The translations under genes were made by a program, and so were the position numbers. Shown piece after piece: positions 34,128 through 46,775 of a stretch of DNA of 64,000 nt. This stretch comes from Phaeosaccion multiseriatum (taxonomy: Eukaryota > Protista > Ochrophyta, other classes): the NCBI GenBank assembly GCA_965112735.1, contig OZ218952.1:434001-498000 (forward strand), given 5' to 3'. The stretch's first letter is position 1; the number at the start of each line of letters is the position of its first letter. A model generated the notes under the pieces. That model ran no database searches. It had not been told where the DNA came from and was given only the letters and a program-made list of their open reading frames with translations.

Positions 34128-34727
34128 CTTACTCTCCCGCCTTCAAAACGAAAAGCAGTTTCCAAGTCCCTATTGCGTCCGAAGATAGCTGCTTCAGCTG
34201 CACACAGAGACTCCTTTCTACTAGTGATGATGCCGCTATTGTTTGCACTACCATGTATACTGAAACCTTTTGCTCCTGTTCTCTATGACGGACCTTGTTT
34301 TGCTAACTGCTGAGGAGAGCCGAACGGGACGAGAGGATAAACCCGGGGGGCCTTTTTTGACTCACTACAACTGGAACGGAAACTGAAAGCCCTCGCTTAA
34401 AATCGTTCCGCTTCCTATTTTTTTACCAACGGCCTTCCAGTTGTGCTGGACTTTAATTCAGGATCCCCGCGAGAAGCTTGGAGTTGCAGCACCTCCGCCA
34501 CACAAGAGAACTTGCAGCTTAACGGGTGAGTTATATCACTGAGGCCTTCTCGGTGGCAGCACCACGCTCTCTCGGCCCCCGTCAAGTCTGTGCGGTGATA
34601 AGCTTCAGAGGCAACGCTTGCTAAAACCCTTGCTGGACTCCTTGCTGGACTAGAGCAGGAGAACAAGGAAGGGCGGAGCAGCAGCAGCTTAGGAGGAGGA
34701 GGACGAGGAGGAGAGGGCGGCGGCAGC

Positions 34728-37305
34728 ATGGCGGACAACGGGGAGATAGCCGGGGCCAGCGATAGCGCGAATAATACGCTGAGCAGGGGAGTGAGCTTTC
34801 GCTCGCCGCTGACCTCTCCGTTGGGAGAGGGGGAGGGAGGGGAGGCGGTTGGGGCCGGGGGAACGAGCGCAAATAGCCCCATGACAGAGAGCATAGTGTC
34901 GCCATTAGGGCGAGGAGCGAGATCAGGGTCAGGCGGTGAGACGTACTCGCGGGGGCAGCTCGCGACGCCAAATGTAGTTACAGCGGAGACACCGACCCCC
35001 CTCGGCCGGAAGGACGCGCCCATCGACACAAACTTTACGCCGCCCATTGTTGGTATGTTTGTGGACACCCCGGGAGGGAAGGTGGGCACAGAGTCCGGGC
35101 TAAAGTCGTCCGAGGTGGCAAAGATGATTCATGAGGAGCGCATGGTCAAGGCAATGTACAAGGGCTCCACCATGAGTCAGATTGAGAACCGCAGCAATGC
35201 CAAGGAGGTGGTGCCGCTGGGGGCGGAGAAGGACATGGGGGTGGAAATGTACGAGGACGTGCGGCACACGAGGAAGATGAACTACTACATTCAGGGCGCG
35301 GTGCTGCTGCTCGTCTTTACGGCGCAGGGCCTGTTCATTTGGGGGCAGATTGAGCTCATTCAGGAGGATGGGCTGTGGCTGCGCTGGCTCAACGTGGCGT
35401 GGGTGCCTGTGTACATCTTCTTTATGCTCTTCGCCGTGCAGTTCGCCATCAACCAGGTCATTTGCTCGCTGGGACCCATCGCCCACATGCAGACCAACTC
35501 GCAGTTCTTCAGCGCCATTGCCCCCCCCCGGCCGCTCCACTACCCCAAGATGACCATCCAAATGCCCGTGTACAAGGAGGGTCTGGAAGGCACCATCATT
35601 CCCACACTCCAGTCACTCGAGGTGGCCATTACCCACTACCGCAAGGCGGGGGGGGAGTGCAGAATCTTCATCAACGACGACGGCCTGCAGCTCATTAGCG
35701 AGGAGGACAGGAAAGCACGGATTGCTACCTACGAGGAGCACAAAATTGGATACGTTGCCCGCCCCGACCCCTCGGTGAGGGCTCGAGCGGGTCTGTTCAA
35801 GAAGGCCTCCAACATGAACTACGCGCTGAACATTAGCATCGAGGTGCAGGAAAAGATGGAGGAGGGCCTCAAGCTGCAGGCTGCACAAGCTGCGGTAAGT
35901 CAATAATGGATTGCAAGCTCCATGTTTTGTGTGCGTATGGTTGCTGAAGGTGTCCTCTCGTTGTCTGCGTCTTTAGTTAGGCCCATGGGCTCCAGGAAAG
36001 GGGCTGTTTCTCCTCCTCCTTCCTCCTCTTGCTCACACTCATCCTCCCTCCCTCCCTCCTTCCCTCCCTCCCCTTAATGAACCTAAACAGGTGCGCGAAA
36101 AGTGGAACAACGAGTTCCTCATCGGCGGAGACACCAACATGGGAGAGATCATCCTTCTCATCGACTCAGACACTCGCGTGCCGTATGACTGCCTCACCAA
36201 GGTCGTGGGGGAGTTTGAGCTCACCAAGGACTTGGGCTTCTTGCAGTGCCGTACCACCCCTCTTCGCGACCAAGACAACTACTGGGAGGACATGATTGCG
36301 CACTTCACAGAGTCCATCTACGATGTAGGTATCTCGCTGGCAGTGTCGGCGGGCGACCCTGCCCCTCTTGTCGGGCACAATGCCTTCTTGCGATGGGAGT
36401 GCGTCAAGCAGGCCAGTTGGGTGGATAAGAAGGACGGGGAGCGGAAATTTTGGAGCGAGTCACACGTCAGCGAGGATTTCGACATGTCGCTACGACTGCA
36501 GACGCTGGGCTACATTGGCCGCTACTGCACCTACACCGGCTCGGGTTTCCAGGAGGGGGTGTCTCTCACCGCTGCGGACGAGGTGATTCGGCTTCGCAAG
36601 TACGCTTTCGGCGCTTGCGAGATGGTGCTGAATCGCTTCAAGGACTGGCCGTGCAAGGGGCCGCTCACCCGCATGTACATCGACTACCTGACCTCCCCAA
36701 GCGTCCCTTGGCCTGCCAAGTTTGCCATGTCCGGCTACTTGGGCACCTACTTGGCTATGGCCTACGCCATCATCGGGGTCAGCGCCTACGTAGTGATGCG
36801 AATGTTCGTCCCCGCCATGCAGCAAAAGATGACCAACACCTTCGACATTTACATGACCACGCTGGTGCTGTTCGGAGCCATCGGCTGCTTGGGCTCCGGT
36901 ACCATTCGCTACCGCATGGGCTACTCCTCCTGCAGGAGCATCTTTGGCGCGTGGTGGATGGAGATTCGAAACGCCCCCGTCGTGACAATTTTCTTCGCCT
37001 CCACGCTGTGGCACCTCACCACGTCGTGCTGGAACTACTTTTGGGACATCCCTATGGTGTGGGGTGCCACCATCAAGGAGGTGGAGAACACCACCTTCCT
37101 GCACGAGTTCAAGACCACCTTCCTGCGGTACAGAACCATGTTTTTCGTCATGATTGCCTATGGCGCCTTGTTTTGCTTCGGCATGTGGTACAAGGACATG
37201 CCGTGGGAGGACATTCGCCTCACCTTCCCGGTCATGAACTACATCATCTTCCACATCTTTGGGCCCTTCCTGCTCAACCCAACACTCATGCGCGGGCACT
37301 ACTAA
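34728..37305 (+). CDS. Integral-membrane processive-type glycosyltransferase family 2, paralogue A
   Basis: Exons 34728-35894 and 36091-37305. Motifs IQMPVYKEGL, INDDG, FKKASNMNY, LIDSDTRVP, VGHNAFLRW, VSEDFD and DEVIRLRKYAFG. Two N-terminal and several C-terminal TM helices. Confidence 0.92.
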
Positions 37306-37790
37306 AGTGTCGGTTTCCGCGCGTGGGGGTTGGTTGGGTTTCCTTCCTTCCTTCCTTCCTTCCTTCCTCTCTTGCGTTTCTTCGTATCCAAGTTTGGGTT
37401 CAACTATTGCGGGTGGGGTGTGTAGCTGCAGACTTTGCTTGCGCTCTTCCCTAGACTTGCCAACATACATCACACCATAGCAGTGTAGAGCTTGGCGTTG
37501 TTTTTGATGATGTAGATTATAGTTAAAACTATGTTTAACGACTGATTAGTGACTGACTTCAAATGAAGGAAGCACTCATCCGTATGTACATTTACGGAAA
37601 AATGAATCAAAAGCAAGCTCTCTATCTCTGACTCGGCATAGCAGCCCTGCTTGCGGAGCTGGACAACTACAATAACACTGCACTGCACTCCTCCCTCCTT
37701 TCTTCCTGCCTACCTACTTACCTATACCTACGTAACTACCCAACTCTCTAAGCCCTTTACTGTGTACAACGAAGAAAAAGGGCGGGCGCC

Positions 37791-37831
<41 letters not shown>

Positions 37832-37892
37832 CGATGATGATGACGACTGGGAAAACAAATAGAAAGAGAGCAAAAGCAAACCAGTCGACTGA

Positions 37893-39235
37893 CTAGTAGT
37901 GCCCGCGCATGAGCGTTGGGTTGAGGAGGAAGGGCCCAAAGATGTGGAAGAGCACGTAGTTGAAGACGGGGAAGGTGAGGCGAATGTCCTCCCACGGCAT
38001 GTGATACCACCACATGAGGAAGCAGAAGACGATGGCGTAGCCGATCATGATGAAAAACATGTTCTTGTAGCGCTGGCACGTTGTCGTGAACTCGAACCAA
38101 AAGTTTGTAATCTCCAACTCCTTGACCGTCGCGCCCCACACCATAGGGATGTCCCAAAAGTAGTTCCAGCACGCCGTGGTGAGGTGCCACAGGGTGGAGG
38201 CGAAGAAGGTGGTGACGGCAGGGCCGTACTTGAACTCATCCCACACAGCGCCGAAGATGCTCTTGCTGTCCGTCTGGCCCATGCGGTAGCGAATAGTGCC
38301 GGAGCTGATGCACCCAATGCCTCCGAAGAGAAGCAGTGTAGTCATGTAAATGTCAAAGGTATTGGTGACGCTCTCCTGCAGCTCCGGTGACCAGATACGC
38401 ACTGCAACGTAGGCGCTGACGCCGATGATGGCGTAGGCCATGGCGACGTAGGTGCCCAAGTAGCCGGACATTTGCAGCTTGGCGGGCCAAGGCACGCCAG
38501 GGGAGGTGATGTAGCGAATGTACATGCCGGTGAGCGGCCCCTTGCACGGCCAGTCCTTGAAGCGATTCAGCACCATCTCGCAAGCGCCGAAAGCGTACTT
38601 GCGAAGCCGAATGAGCTCATCCGCCGCGGTCAGAGACACCCCCTCCTGGAAACCCGCGCCGGTGTAGGTGCAGTAGCGGCCAATGTAGCCCAGCGTCTGC
38701 AGTCGTAGTGACATATCAAAATCCTCGCTCACGTGGTCCTCGCTCCAGAATTTTTGCTCTCCGTCCTGCTTGTCCTTCCAGCTGGCCTGCTGCACCGCCT
38801 CCCATCGCAAAAAGGCATTGTGCCCGACAAGAGGAGCAGGGTCGCCCGCCGACACGGCCAGGCAAATACCAATATCATAAATGGCCTCTGTGAAGTGGGC
38901 AATCATGTTCTCCCAGTAGTTGTAATCCTCACGAAGCGGGGTGGTACGGCACTGCAGGAAGCCGAGCTGAGGGGTGAGTTCAAACTCCCCGACAATGTTC
39001 GTGAGACAGTCCACAGGCACGCGTGTGTCCGAGTCGATGAGGAGGATGATCTCTCCCATGAGTACATCTCCCCCCATGAGGAATTCGTTGTTGTATTGGT
39101 CGTAGGCCTGATCGAGCCATCGATGATGATGGCACGGAGGGGAAAGGGGCAGGGGCAAGGTGGGTGGGCGAGGGCAGGCAAAGTGGCACAGCAGCAGCAG
39201 CAGCAGCAGCAGGAGGAGGAAAAGGGAGAGGAGGA

Positions 39236-39266
<31 letters not shown>

Positions 39267-40842
39267 TGGGGGGAGAACACGGTCGGGCGAGTGTGAGACT
39301 CTTGCCGAGGCGGTATTTGAAATGGGATGTGTCCTGCAGCCCCGAAGGGCGCCCGTCGATGTGGTGGAAAGGTGCAGAAGAGACAAGTCAGCAGCGCCTG
39401 CCTCACTAGTCAACGAATGCCTTGTCTCAGGGTGGGCATTTCGAGAGCACTTTCGTCCCTTCCCAGCACCCTGCAGACAGGACGGGTCGTCGTCTCTCGT
39501 CGTCATTCAGGCCTCTGTCAATGCTCATCTCTACATCTGAAGTACTTCAACCATCCGGCCCCCACCCCTATCCTCCCCTCCCACCCCAACACACCCATGC
39601 GCACACACAGACCCACATACGCAGCACACACACACACACACACACACATCCACACACACACACCTTCTGTTCGGCTTGCTCCAGGGTAAGTCCGTCGAGC
39701 TCAATGGCGTGCTGAATGAGAACACTGATGCAGAGCGAGTAGTTCATGTTGCTGGCCTTCTTGAACAGTCCCTTCCTCGGACGGACATCCTCAGGGGGTC
39801 GGGCAATGTACCCAATATCGTGTTCTTTGTAGGTGGCAATGCGGGCCGCCCTGTCCTCCTCGCTAATGAGCTGCAGGCCGTCGTCGTTGATGAAGATTTT
39901 GCACTCCCCCCCGGCCTTGCGGTAGTGGCGGATAGCCGCTTCGAGAGAGTGGAGGGTGGGAATGATGGTGCCTTCCAGACCCTCCTTGTACACGGGCATT
40001 TGGATAGTCATCTTTGGGTAGACGAGCGGCCGGGGGGGGGCAATGGCGCTGAAGAACTGGGAGTTAGTCTGCATGTGCGCGATGGGTCCAAAGGCGCAGA
40101 TGACCTGGTTGATGCCGTACTGCACGGCGAAGAGCATGAAGAAGATACCCACCGGCACCCACACCACATTGATCATCCGTAGCCAATAGCCGTCCGCCTG
40201 TGTGATACTAACTTGCTTCCAAATAAAGAGGGCCTGCGCCGTCAGAATGAGAGCCACGGTCAAGGTCTGCGTGTAGTAGCTGAGGTAGCGGTTCACGCGC
40301 TCCTCCTGGTAGGGCTCCATGCCCATCTCGGACTCCGCCCCCAGAGGGTGCACCTCCTTCGCCTTGACCATCTCTGAAATGTCATGTATCGTGGCGCCCC
40401 TGTGCACGGCCCTTTTGAAGCGCTCAGCGTGGAGCAGCTTGGCCACCTGCGCCGAGGTGTATCCCGAGCTATCCTTGGACGCGTCCACAGGCTCGTGGCT
40501 GTAGATGGCGTCATGGCTCGGGGCGTTCATGGGGGCCAGCACGTCAAACCCTGCAGCAGTGTTATTGGCGCCAGGGGTCTCCAACACGTCTCGGTGGTAT
40601 GCTTCCGCGGGAGTGGCCACCACTAGTGGCGTCGTATCACCCTGCACTTCCTTCTTGCTCTTCTTGCTCTTCTTCTTCTTGCCGGGACTCTCCTTTCCAG
40701 CCTTCTGCTTCTTCTTGGGCACCGACACCGAGACCATGGACACGTCCACCACGTCGCCATTGCTGTCTTGGGGAGAGGTCAGAGGAGAGCGGAAGCTCAC
40801 GGTGCGATTGGTGCGGAACCCGTTTCTCGTAGGAGTCGCCAT
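37893..40842 (-). CDS. Integral-membrane processive-type glycosyltransferase family 2, paralogue B
   Basis: Exons 40842-39664 and 39107-37893. Same motifs and same intron position as paralogue A, and an identical C-terminus FHIFGPFLLNPTLMRGHY*. Confidence 0.92.
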
Positions 40843-41695
40843 GGCTTACGAGGGAGGCCACACCCGCACTTCAGCGCCCGCCTTCAAAGCTTCTCCTCTC
40901 CCTAACGCCCTTTTTCCGCCCCTCCTCTTCCGGAAAACAGGTCCTGCACCTCTGGCGCTGCTCCTACCGCCTCTGTGCGGGTGTGGATTGCAAGAGGGCG
41001 CAGAGAGACAGGGATGGCCCGTGAGATTCGTCACGAGTGAATTTCTGTCGTCTCCAAATCACTGTACAAGAAAATACTCGTCAGACCCGTACAAAATCAA
41101 AGAGAAGCAGCGCGGAGTCGCTGACGCTGGTCAGACTGGTCCTAACCTTCCCATCTGCGCCACTCACCCGAAGACGGCTGGCCCGAGGACTACTCGAGCG
41201 CCCTGCGCCAGGGGGGGCAGCGTCGGGGCGGGGGGCGACAAACGTCACACCAACGGAAACGAGAATTTCTCGGCTTTTCGCAGCGCCCCAACTCTCCAGC
41301 CAACGCAGGTAGCTGAACCAAATCCCTCCTCCAGAGCACAAGCCGGCTGGGTCCTCTCGGTTCTCCCTGTGTTGCTGCTCAGCCCCGACTCTGCAACGGG
41401 TTTGGACTTCGATATCTACGTTCCACCCACCCTCTTTCGGAAATTTTGAAAGCGCAAACCGTTCCCGGGGTGGACGCGTCAGTGTTAGTGAATTTGTCGT
41501 GAAGTTGGATTGTGGGCAAACAGCCGGGAGTTGAAGGAGTGGAGAGGTGAGACAGAAGTTAGTAAGGTGGGGGGGTTAGGGTGGGGGGGGTGAGGTAGGA
41601 GGGTTGGGGTGGGGTGGTTGGGTGTGTGGTGCCTTCCCCAGCTGCGCGCATCTCTAACTGAATGTTCTCCCTTTTTGACACAGCCGCGATCCATC

Positions 41696-43424
41696 ATGAG
41701 TCGGACCAGGCGAGATGACTTCGCGCACAAGGGCGTGTCTCTGCTGGTGCGCAACCTCAGCTACCGCACCGGAGCTGAGGATGTGAAGGACGTCTTCAAG
41801 CGATATGGAGACATCCGAGACGTGTATATTCCAAAGGACTACCACTCAGGGTAAGTCCAAGCAGCCGGAGGGAGGTTGACAATGTCGGATCAAAGGCGGC
41901 GGGAGGAAGGATTTGGCGAGTGGCCGACGAGGAGTGATTGCAGTGTCTGTCCCCGCCCGTTATCCTTCATGAGGGCCTTTATGCGTCCACGCCGTATCCT
42001 GTGTGTCCTGTGGTGTTTGACACGCCAGTGCTGAGCAAGAGGGATGAAGAAGGGCGGAGTCGATCTTTGAGAAGGAGGAGAAGAGTGGAAAGATGGATGC
42101 TCCCACAAGGCCCATCCTTCCGGTATCCAAGAATTGCGGGGATGTTCTCTACTCTAAGAAGCCCCTTCCCCCTTGACGATCAGCAGCGGGGAGTGGAATG
42201 CAAGACCGTGAAGGTAGAAGAGGGTGAATCGAGAAGAAGAGGACAAGAACATGAGTGCTTGCACAATGGCTCGCCTCGCCGCTGGATTTCCGATCGTATG
42301 AAGACTAGAGCCGCGGGGCAAGTCAAGTGAAGACAGACAAGAAGCCGCACGGGGCAAGTCATTGAAGACGAGAGACCAGGAGACACGGGGCAAGTCCATT
42401 CCAGCCCGTTCAGCCCTCCATCTCAAGGCACCACTCAAGGTTTCCGTGGTCAGATGTTCTGTCAGCTCTAACCTCTACTCCTCTGACCGCTGCCTCTACC
42501 CTGTTCTCGCCCCTTTCCGAAATGTTTAATGCCTGCCCTCTCCTCTGACGCTCCCTCCTCCCCCTTCCGCGCTCATTTCTCCTCTGTGCCTCTTCTGCGC
42601 GCTCATCTCCCTCATCAGGGAACCCAAGGGTTTCTGCTTCATTGAGGTGAGCAGACGCGACGGCATCTCTCCCCTTGGCCTCTAGCGCTTAAACTCAAGT
42701 CTGGATTATTCCTTCCTTCCCTTCCTCTGGCATTATTGTTTGGCGTTTCCCGTATGGCACTCTTCGAACCGTCAGGAGGCTGGGCCTCTGTGTAGATGAG
42801 TATCCTCTGACTCTCTCTGCTCTCTTTCCCCCCCCCACCCCCTGCTGCCCTCCCTCCCTACCATCTACCCCACCCCATCACCCCACTGCTGCAATTGGTT
42901 CTCCCATGCCATCTGGCGACCGTTCACCCCCTTATCTTCGTGCAGTTTTACGACGCTCGCGATGCCCGAGAGGCCCAGGAGGAATTGGATCGCTACCTCC
43001 TCGATGGGCGACAAATCACTGTCGTGTTCGCCCAGGAGAAGCGAAAGGACCCCAACACCATGAGAGAAATTGAGGGAGGAGGTGACCGCTATGGGGGAGG
43101 AGGAAGAGACCGAGATCGCTACGGAGGAGGAGGAGGAGGGAGGAGTCGATATGGGGGGGGAGGAGGAGGTGAGAAAAATGGAAAGAAGCTGCTTCCCAAG
43201 GAGACGTGGAAGTCGTGGACGAAGGGGGTGGGAAAGGGGTTGGGAGGAAGAACGTTGAGGATGGAAGCCCCAAGTGCTTCAGTATCGTGGTGGCACGCGA
43301 CGCTCTGGACCTCTGCTCTCTTCTCCTCCCCTCCCCTCCCCTTGTGTGTGAACGTCAATTGGTCCTTTGCGCTGCCTTCCCCTGCTCCTTCCTCCGGGTT
43401 GGGCCCACTCCTCTCACCGCTATC

Positions 43425-43462
<38 letters not shown>

Positions 43463-44229
43463 GTCCCCTCTCTCTCGATTCCTCTCACCTGCAAACTGGG
43501 CAGGCTATGGCCGAGGCCGAAGCCCAAGCTACAACAGCCGCCGCCGAGACAGCCGCAGTCGAAGCAGAGGCAGGGACCGCGACAGGGACAGGGACCGCAG
43601 TCGCAGTGGAGGTGAGTGGGGGGCTTTCACTGAGATGGACTCGCTCACTAGCTCACTGCCTAACTGTCAACCTAATGCATCTTCCTTTCCCTTCCCCGGA
43701 GCTTTGCTTTTTGCTGTCAATTGTGGGTATGTATCCGTCTATATCCCCACCACACCTGAACCGTGTCTAGTGCTCACAGTCACATCCTTTGGATGCATGT
43801 CGGGTCAGCGTGGTAGCTGTCTGTCGGGTATCGTTTTCATAGTCGATCCGGGGGGTGTAGTAGTATGTCTAACTGAAACCTGAAACACTTTCCACCTTCA
43901 TTGGCTACTTCATCCTTGCCGAACCATAGGACGTGGACGGCATCGAAGCCCCAGTCGCAGCCCAAGTAGGGGAAAGGGCAGGGGAGGCCGGAGCTACAGC
44001 AGGAGCAGAAGCAGGAGCAAGGACAGGAAATACGACCGGAGCAGGAGCAGGAGCAGAAGCGACAGCAAGGGTAGGCGCAGGGACGATGATGACGCCGACG
44101 GAGACTCTCCCCGCAAGGACAGGGAGGAGGACGAGGAGGCGACCAACGGCAACGGCAAGGAGGAGGAGAATGGACGCGATGGCAGAAAGGAAGGGGGGGA
44201 GGACGAGGGAGAGGGCAAGGAGACCGTAG
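41696..44229 (+). CDS. SR splicing factor, SC35-like (SCL/SRSF10-type): single RRM + RS domain
   Basis: Exons ~41696-41851, 42619-42646, 42946-43168, 43504-43611 and 43931-44229 give SLLVRNL...YGDIRDVYIPKDYHSG|EPKGFCFIE|FYDARDA...ITVVFAQEKRK.P..MR, followed by RS repeats. Confidence 0.92.
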
Positions 44230-45012
44230 GAGCAGATGACGACGAGTCGTAGATGGCAGCAGATTCGATTGCGTGCAGACATGCAGAGATGCGTGTGTGA
44301 GCAGCGAGCGGACGGAGCACGCAACCGATGCCATTGCTCAAAGTGCGGTGTCGCGGCAGCCAGTGAAGTCGGACGGATGCAAAGAACGGGGAATGAGGGA
44401 AGAAAGGAAGTGAAGTACATGTAAGTGTTTGTCTTTGTTTTAGGCTGCTTTGGCCCTCGTCCGGATGGGGGGATGAGGGGCCGGTGTTGTGTGCATGGGC
44501 ATGTGCACATGGCGAAGGTGAGGGAGGGGGAGGGTGCCGAAGGCCGAACATGGAGCCGGATGATGTGCGGACACTGAGGAGCCGCAGCGGGGTGGTTGGG
44601 GGAAGGAAGAAGGGGGGTGATGGTGGTGGTGGTGTGTGTGTGTGTGTGTAGATGGGTAACACACGCTTACATACCGTCTCACAACCGAAGTTACGAGCTC
44701 GTCCTTCTATTGATTGTGGCGAGAACACTCATTTAGTTGACATTCAGTAATGAAAACCAATAATACCCTCCACTTCCTATCACAAAACACTAAATCTCTC
44801 TTCGTGCCATACCTTTCTACAACAAAACACCGCCCCAAGGCAGAGCAGGTCATTAAGGCCCGTCGGAAACCTCTCTCGCGACAAACGACACTAAAACGCC
44901 TGAATTGACTCCTTTCTTCCTTGGTAGCGTGCTCTCTCGTGGGAAAGATACAAAAAAAAAAAATCCCCGTACAGTACCAAGACGTCCCCTTCCTGCCGCT
45001 TCAGCCCCTCAT

Positions 45013-46344
45013 TTAGCGGCCCAGTGGGCAGCTCAAGCTGAGTACCTCTCTGCTATGCTTTCGCTTCTCCCTGTCCCTTCGCTCTGCCTCGACGCGAGCC
45101 ATTGTCTCGTGCTTCTTCTCCCGCTCCTCAATACCCAGCGCCAGAAACTTGCCCAGAAACTCCTCTCCGTCAATAACGCCATTGCCATCCCGATCAAAGG
45201 CCTTGTACAGCGCACAAAAGGCGGCGTCGTCGAGCACGACGGCAAAGGATAAGCGCAACTGATCACGAAAATCTGCAGGGCACAAGCTGCAGTGGAAAGA
45301 CCCCCGCACAGCCGTGCTCTCATGGGCGCAGCGGCCATTGAGCAGCTTGAGGGACTCTGCACGGATGGCAGACAGGCCCCGCTCCAGGTCCGTGCTGTCG
45401 CAGGGGGTGGCGAGAATCATGTCATTAATCGCTTCGACCTCCTGGCGAACCTTCTCCCCCTTTTCGTCTCTGCTCCGCCGCTGCCGCTCCCTGGCCGCGG
45501 CGTTCGCCTGTGCGTCTCTGTCTCGCTCTTCTCTCCCGAGCAACAGCAGCTGGTTCAGGAACAGGCGCCCGCTCACGTGCTCGCCGCCTTTGCGACACTC
45601 AAAGTGATCGACCACACTCTCTGTTTCCGCCTGCGTGAGGATGACACCGAAGAAGGACAGAAGCAGGTGTCGCAGCTGGCCAGAGGTGAGGCGCTTGTCG
45701 TAGAAGGCGTCGAAGGTGTGCGTGGTGGGGTCCATCACTTTGCTGTGCCGTGCCAGTTTGGCGAGCGCCGCGGCCCCCCCGTGCTGCTGCTGTGTCTGCC
45801 GCTGCTGTTGTTGTTGCTGCTGCTGCTGCAGCTGCAGCTTGCTATGGTCTCTGGAGATGCGGCTCGCGATGAGCGATCTCTGAACGTCGCGAAGGGCCGT
45901 AATGTCGTCGTAAGAGGAGTGGCACAGCTCCTCCAGTGTCCTGTTGGTCGTGTGCACGCTTGTGACGTTGTGGTGGGGGTCCGCGCTCCCCGGGGCGCCA
46001 TGCCCATACTCCCCCTCCTCCTGCCGCTGCCGCCGCTGTTGCTGCTCCTGCTGCCGATCCGCCAAGCGGCGCTTCTTGCTTGCGAACGTCGACTTGCTGC
46101 CCGCGGTGGAGCTCCGTGCCCAATGGAGTTGGGGAAGCAGTTTCTTTATCTGCGGGTCCGGCTGGTCACGCTTGTGGCTGGCCCGGCGGCTGTGCGCACC
46201 ACTGCTGGCACCGTAGGTCACGACTGCCGCCGCTTTGCTGAGCATTGGGAAGTGCCGGATTGCCTTGAAAGTATCGAGTCGGTCGTACGCGCCCTCTTCC
46301 CCGGATTCCTCGGGCCTAATTCCCCATTCCTCTCCATCGTTCAT
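45013..46344 (-). CDS. EF-hand domain protein
   Basis: Single long ORF with a canonical loop FDRDGNGVIDGEEF and a degenerate upstream pair (VVDHFECRKGGEHVSGRLF). The start was taken at the first ATG (MNDGEEW). Confidence 0.7.
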   Translation of the reverse strand: MNDGEEWGIRPEESGEEGAYDRLDTFKAIRHFPMLSKAAAVVTYGASSGAHSRRASHKRDQPDPQIKKLLPQLHWARSSTAGSKSTFASKKRRLADRQQEQQQRRQRQEEGEYGHGAPGSADPHHNVTSVHTTNRTLEELCHSSYDDITALRDVQRSLIASRISRDHSKLQLQQQQQQQQQRQTQQQHGGAAALAKLARHSKVMDPTTHTFDAFYDKRLTSGQLRHLLLSFFGVILTQAETESVVDHFECRKGGEHVSGRLFLNQLLLLGREERDRDAQANAAARERQRRSRDEKGEKVRQEVEAINDMILATPCDSTDLERGLSAIRAESLKLLNGRCAHESTAVRGSFHCSLCPADFRDQLRLSFAVVLDDAAFCALYKAFDRDGNGVIDGEEFLGKFLALGIEEREKKHETMARVEAERRDREKRKHSREVLSLSCPLGR

Positions 46345-46775
46345 TCCTCTTGCTCTCCTCGCTTCGCCGCCGCTAGTGCGGTAGTGCTCACTCGGGAGAT
46401 GTGGAAGGAGCTGCCACAAGCCCCCCAGTAGACAACCTTGTCTTGTACGCCCAACAAACAACAAAGGAATGCTTTTGGATGACGAGCCAAATTCCCCTTC
46501 GTGAGGTTTGCCTAAAGGAGCCTATCAGCAGCTTCACTTGCACAGAGAACTCTGCACGTGATAGGCTCACAGTCGAGCTGAGGACCCTCTTCCAAAGTCC
46601 TTGTGCTCGCTCGGTTTGTTCGTTTGTCTGTTCTGTAGGACTGCTTAGAGCCGGCTGGAAAAAAAAAAACCTCAAAAACCTCAAGTGACTAAACACCAAC
46701 CTGAAACTGAAACTGGTTCAGATGGCGACGAGACGGATGAAAAATGCTCGAAGAAGCGGTTAAAAAAAAAATACG

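Noticed and set aside
36450-37473. Long overlapping/antisense ORFs over the GT2 gene (also at 45292-46431)
   Set aside because: Expected shadow ORFs of GC3-rich coding sequence with no recognisable motifs.
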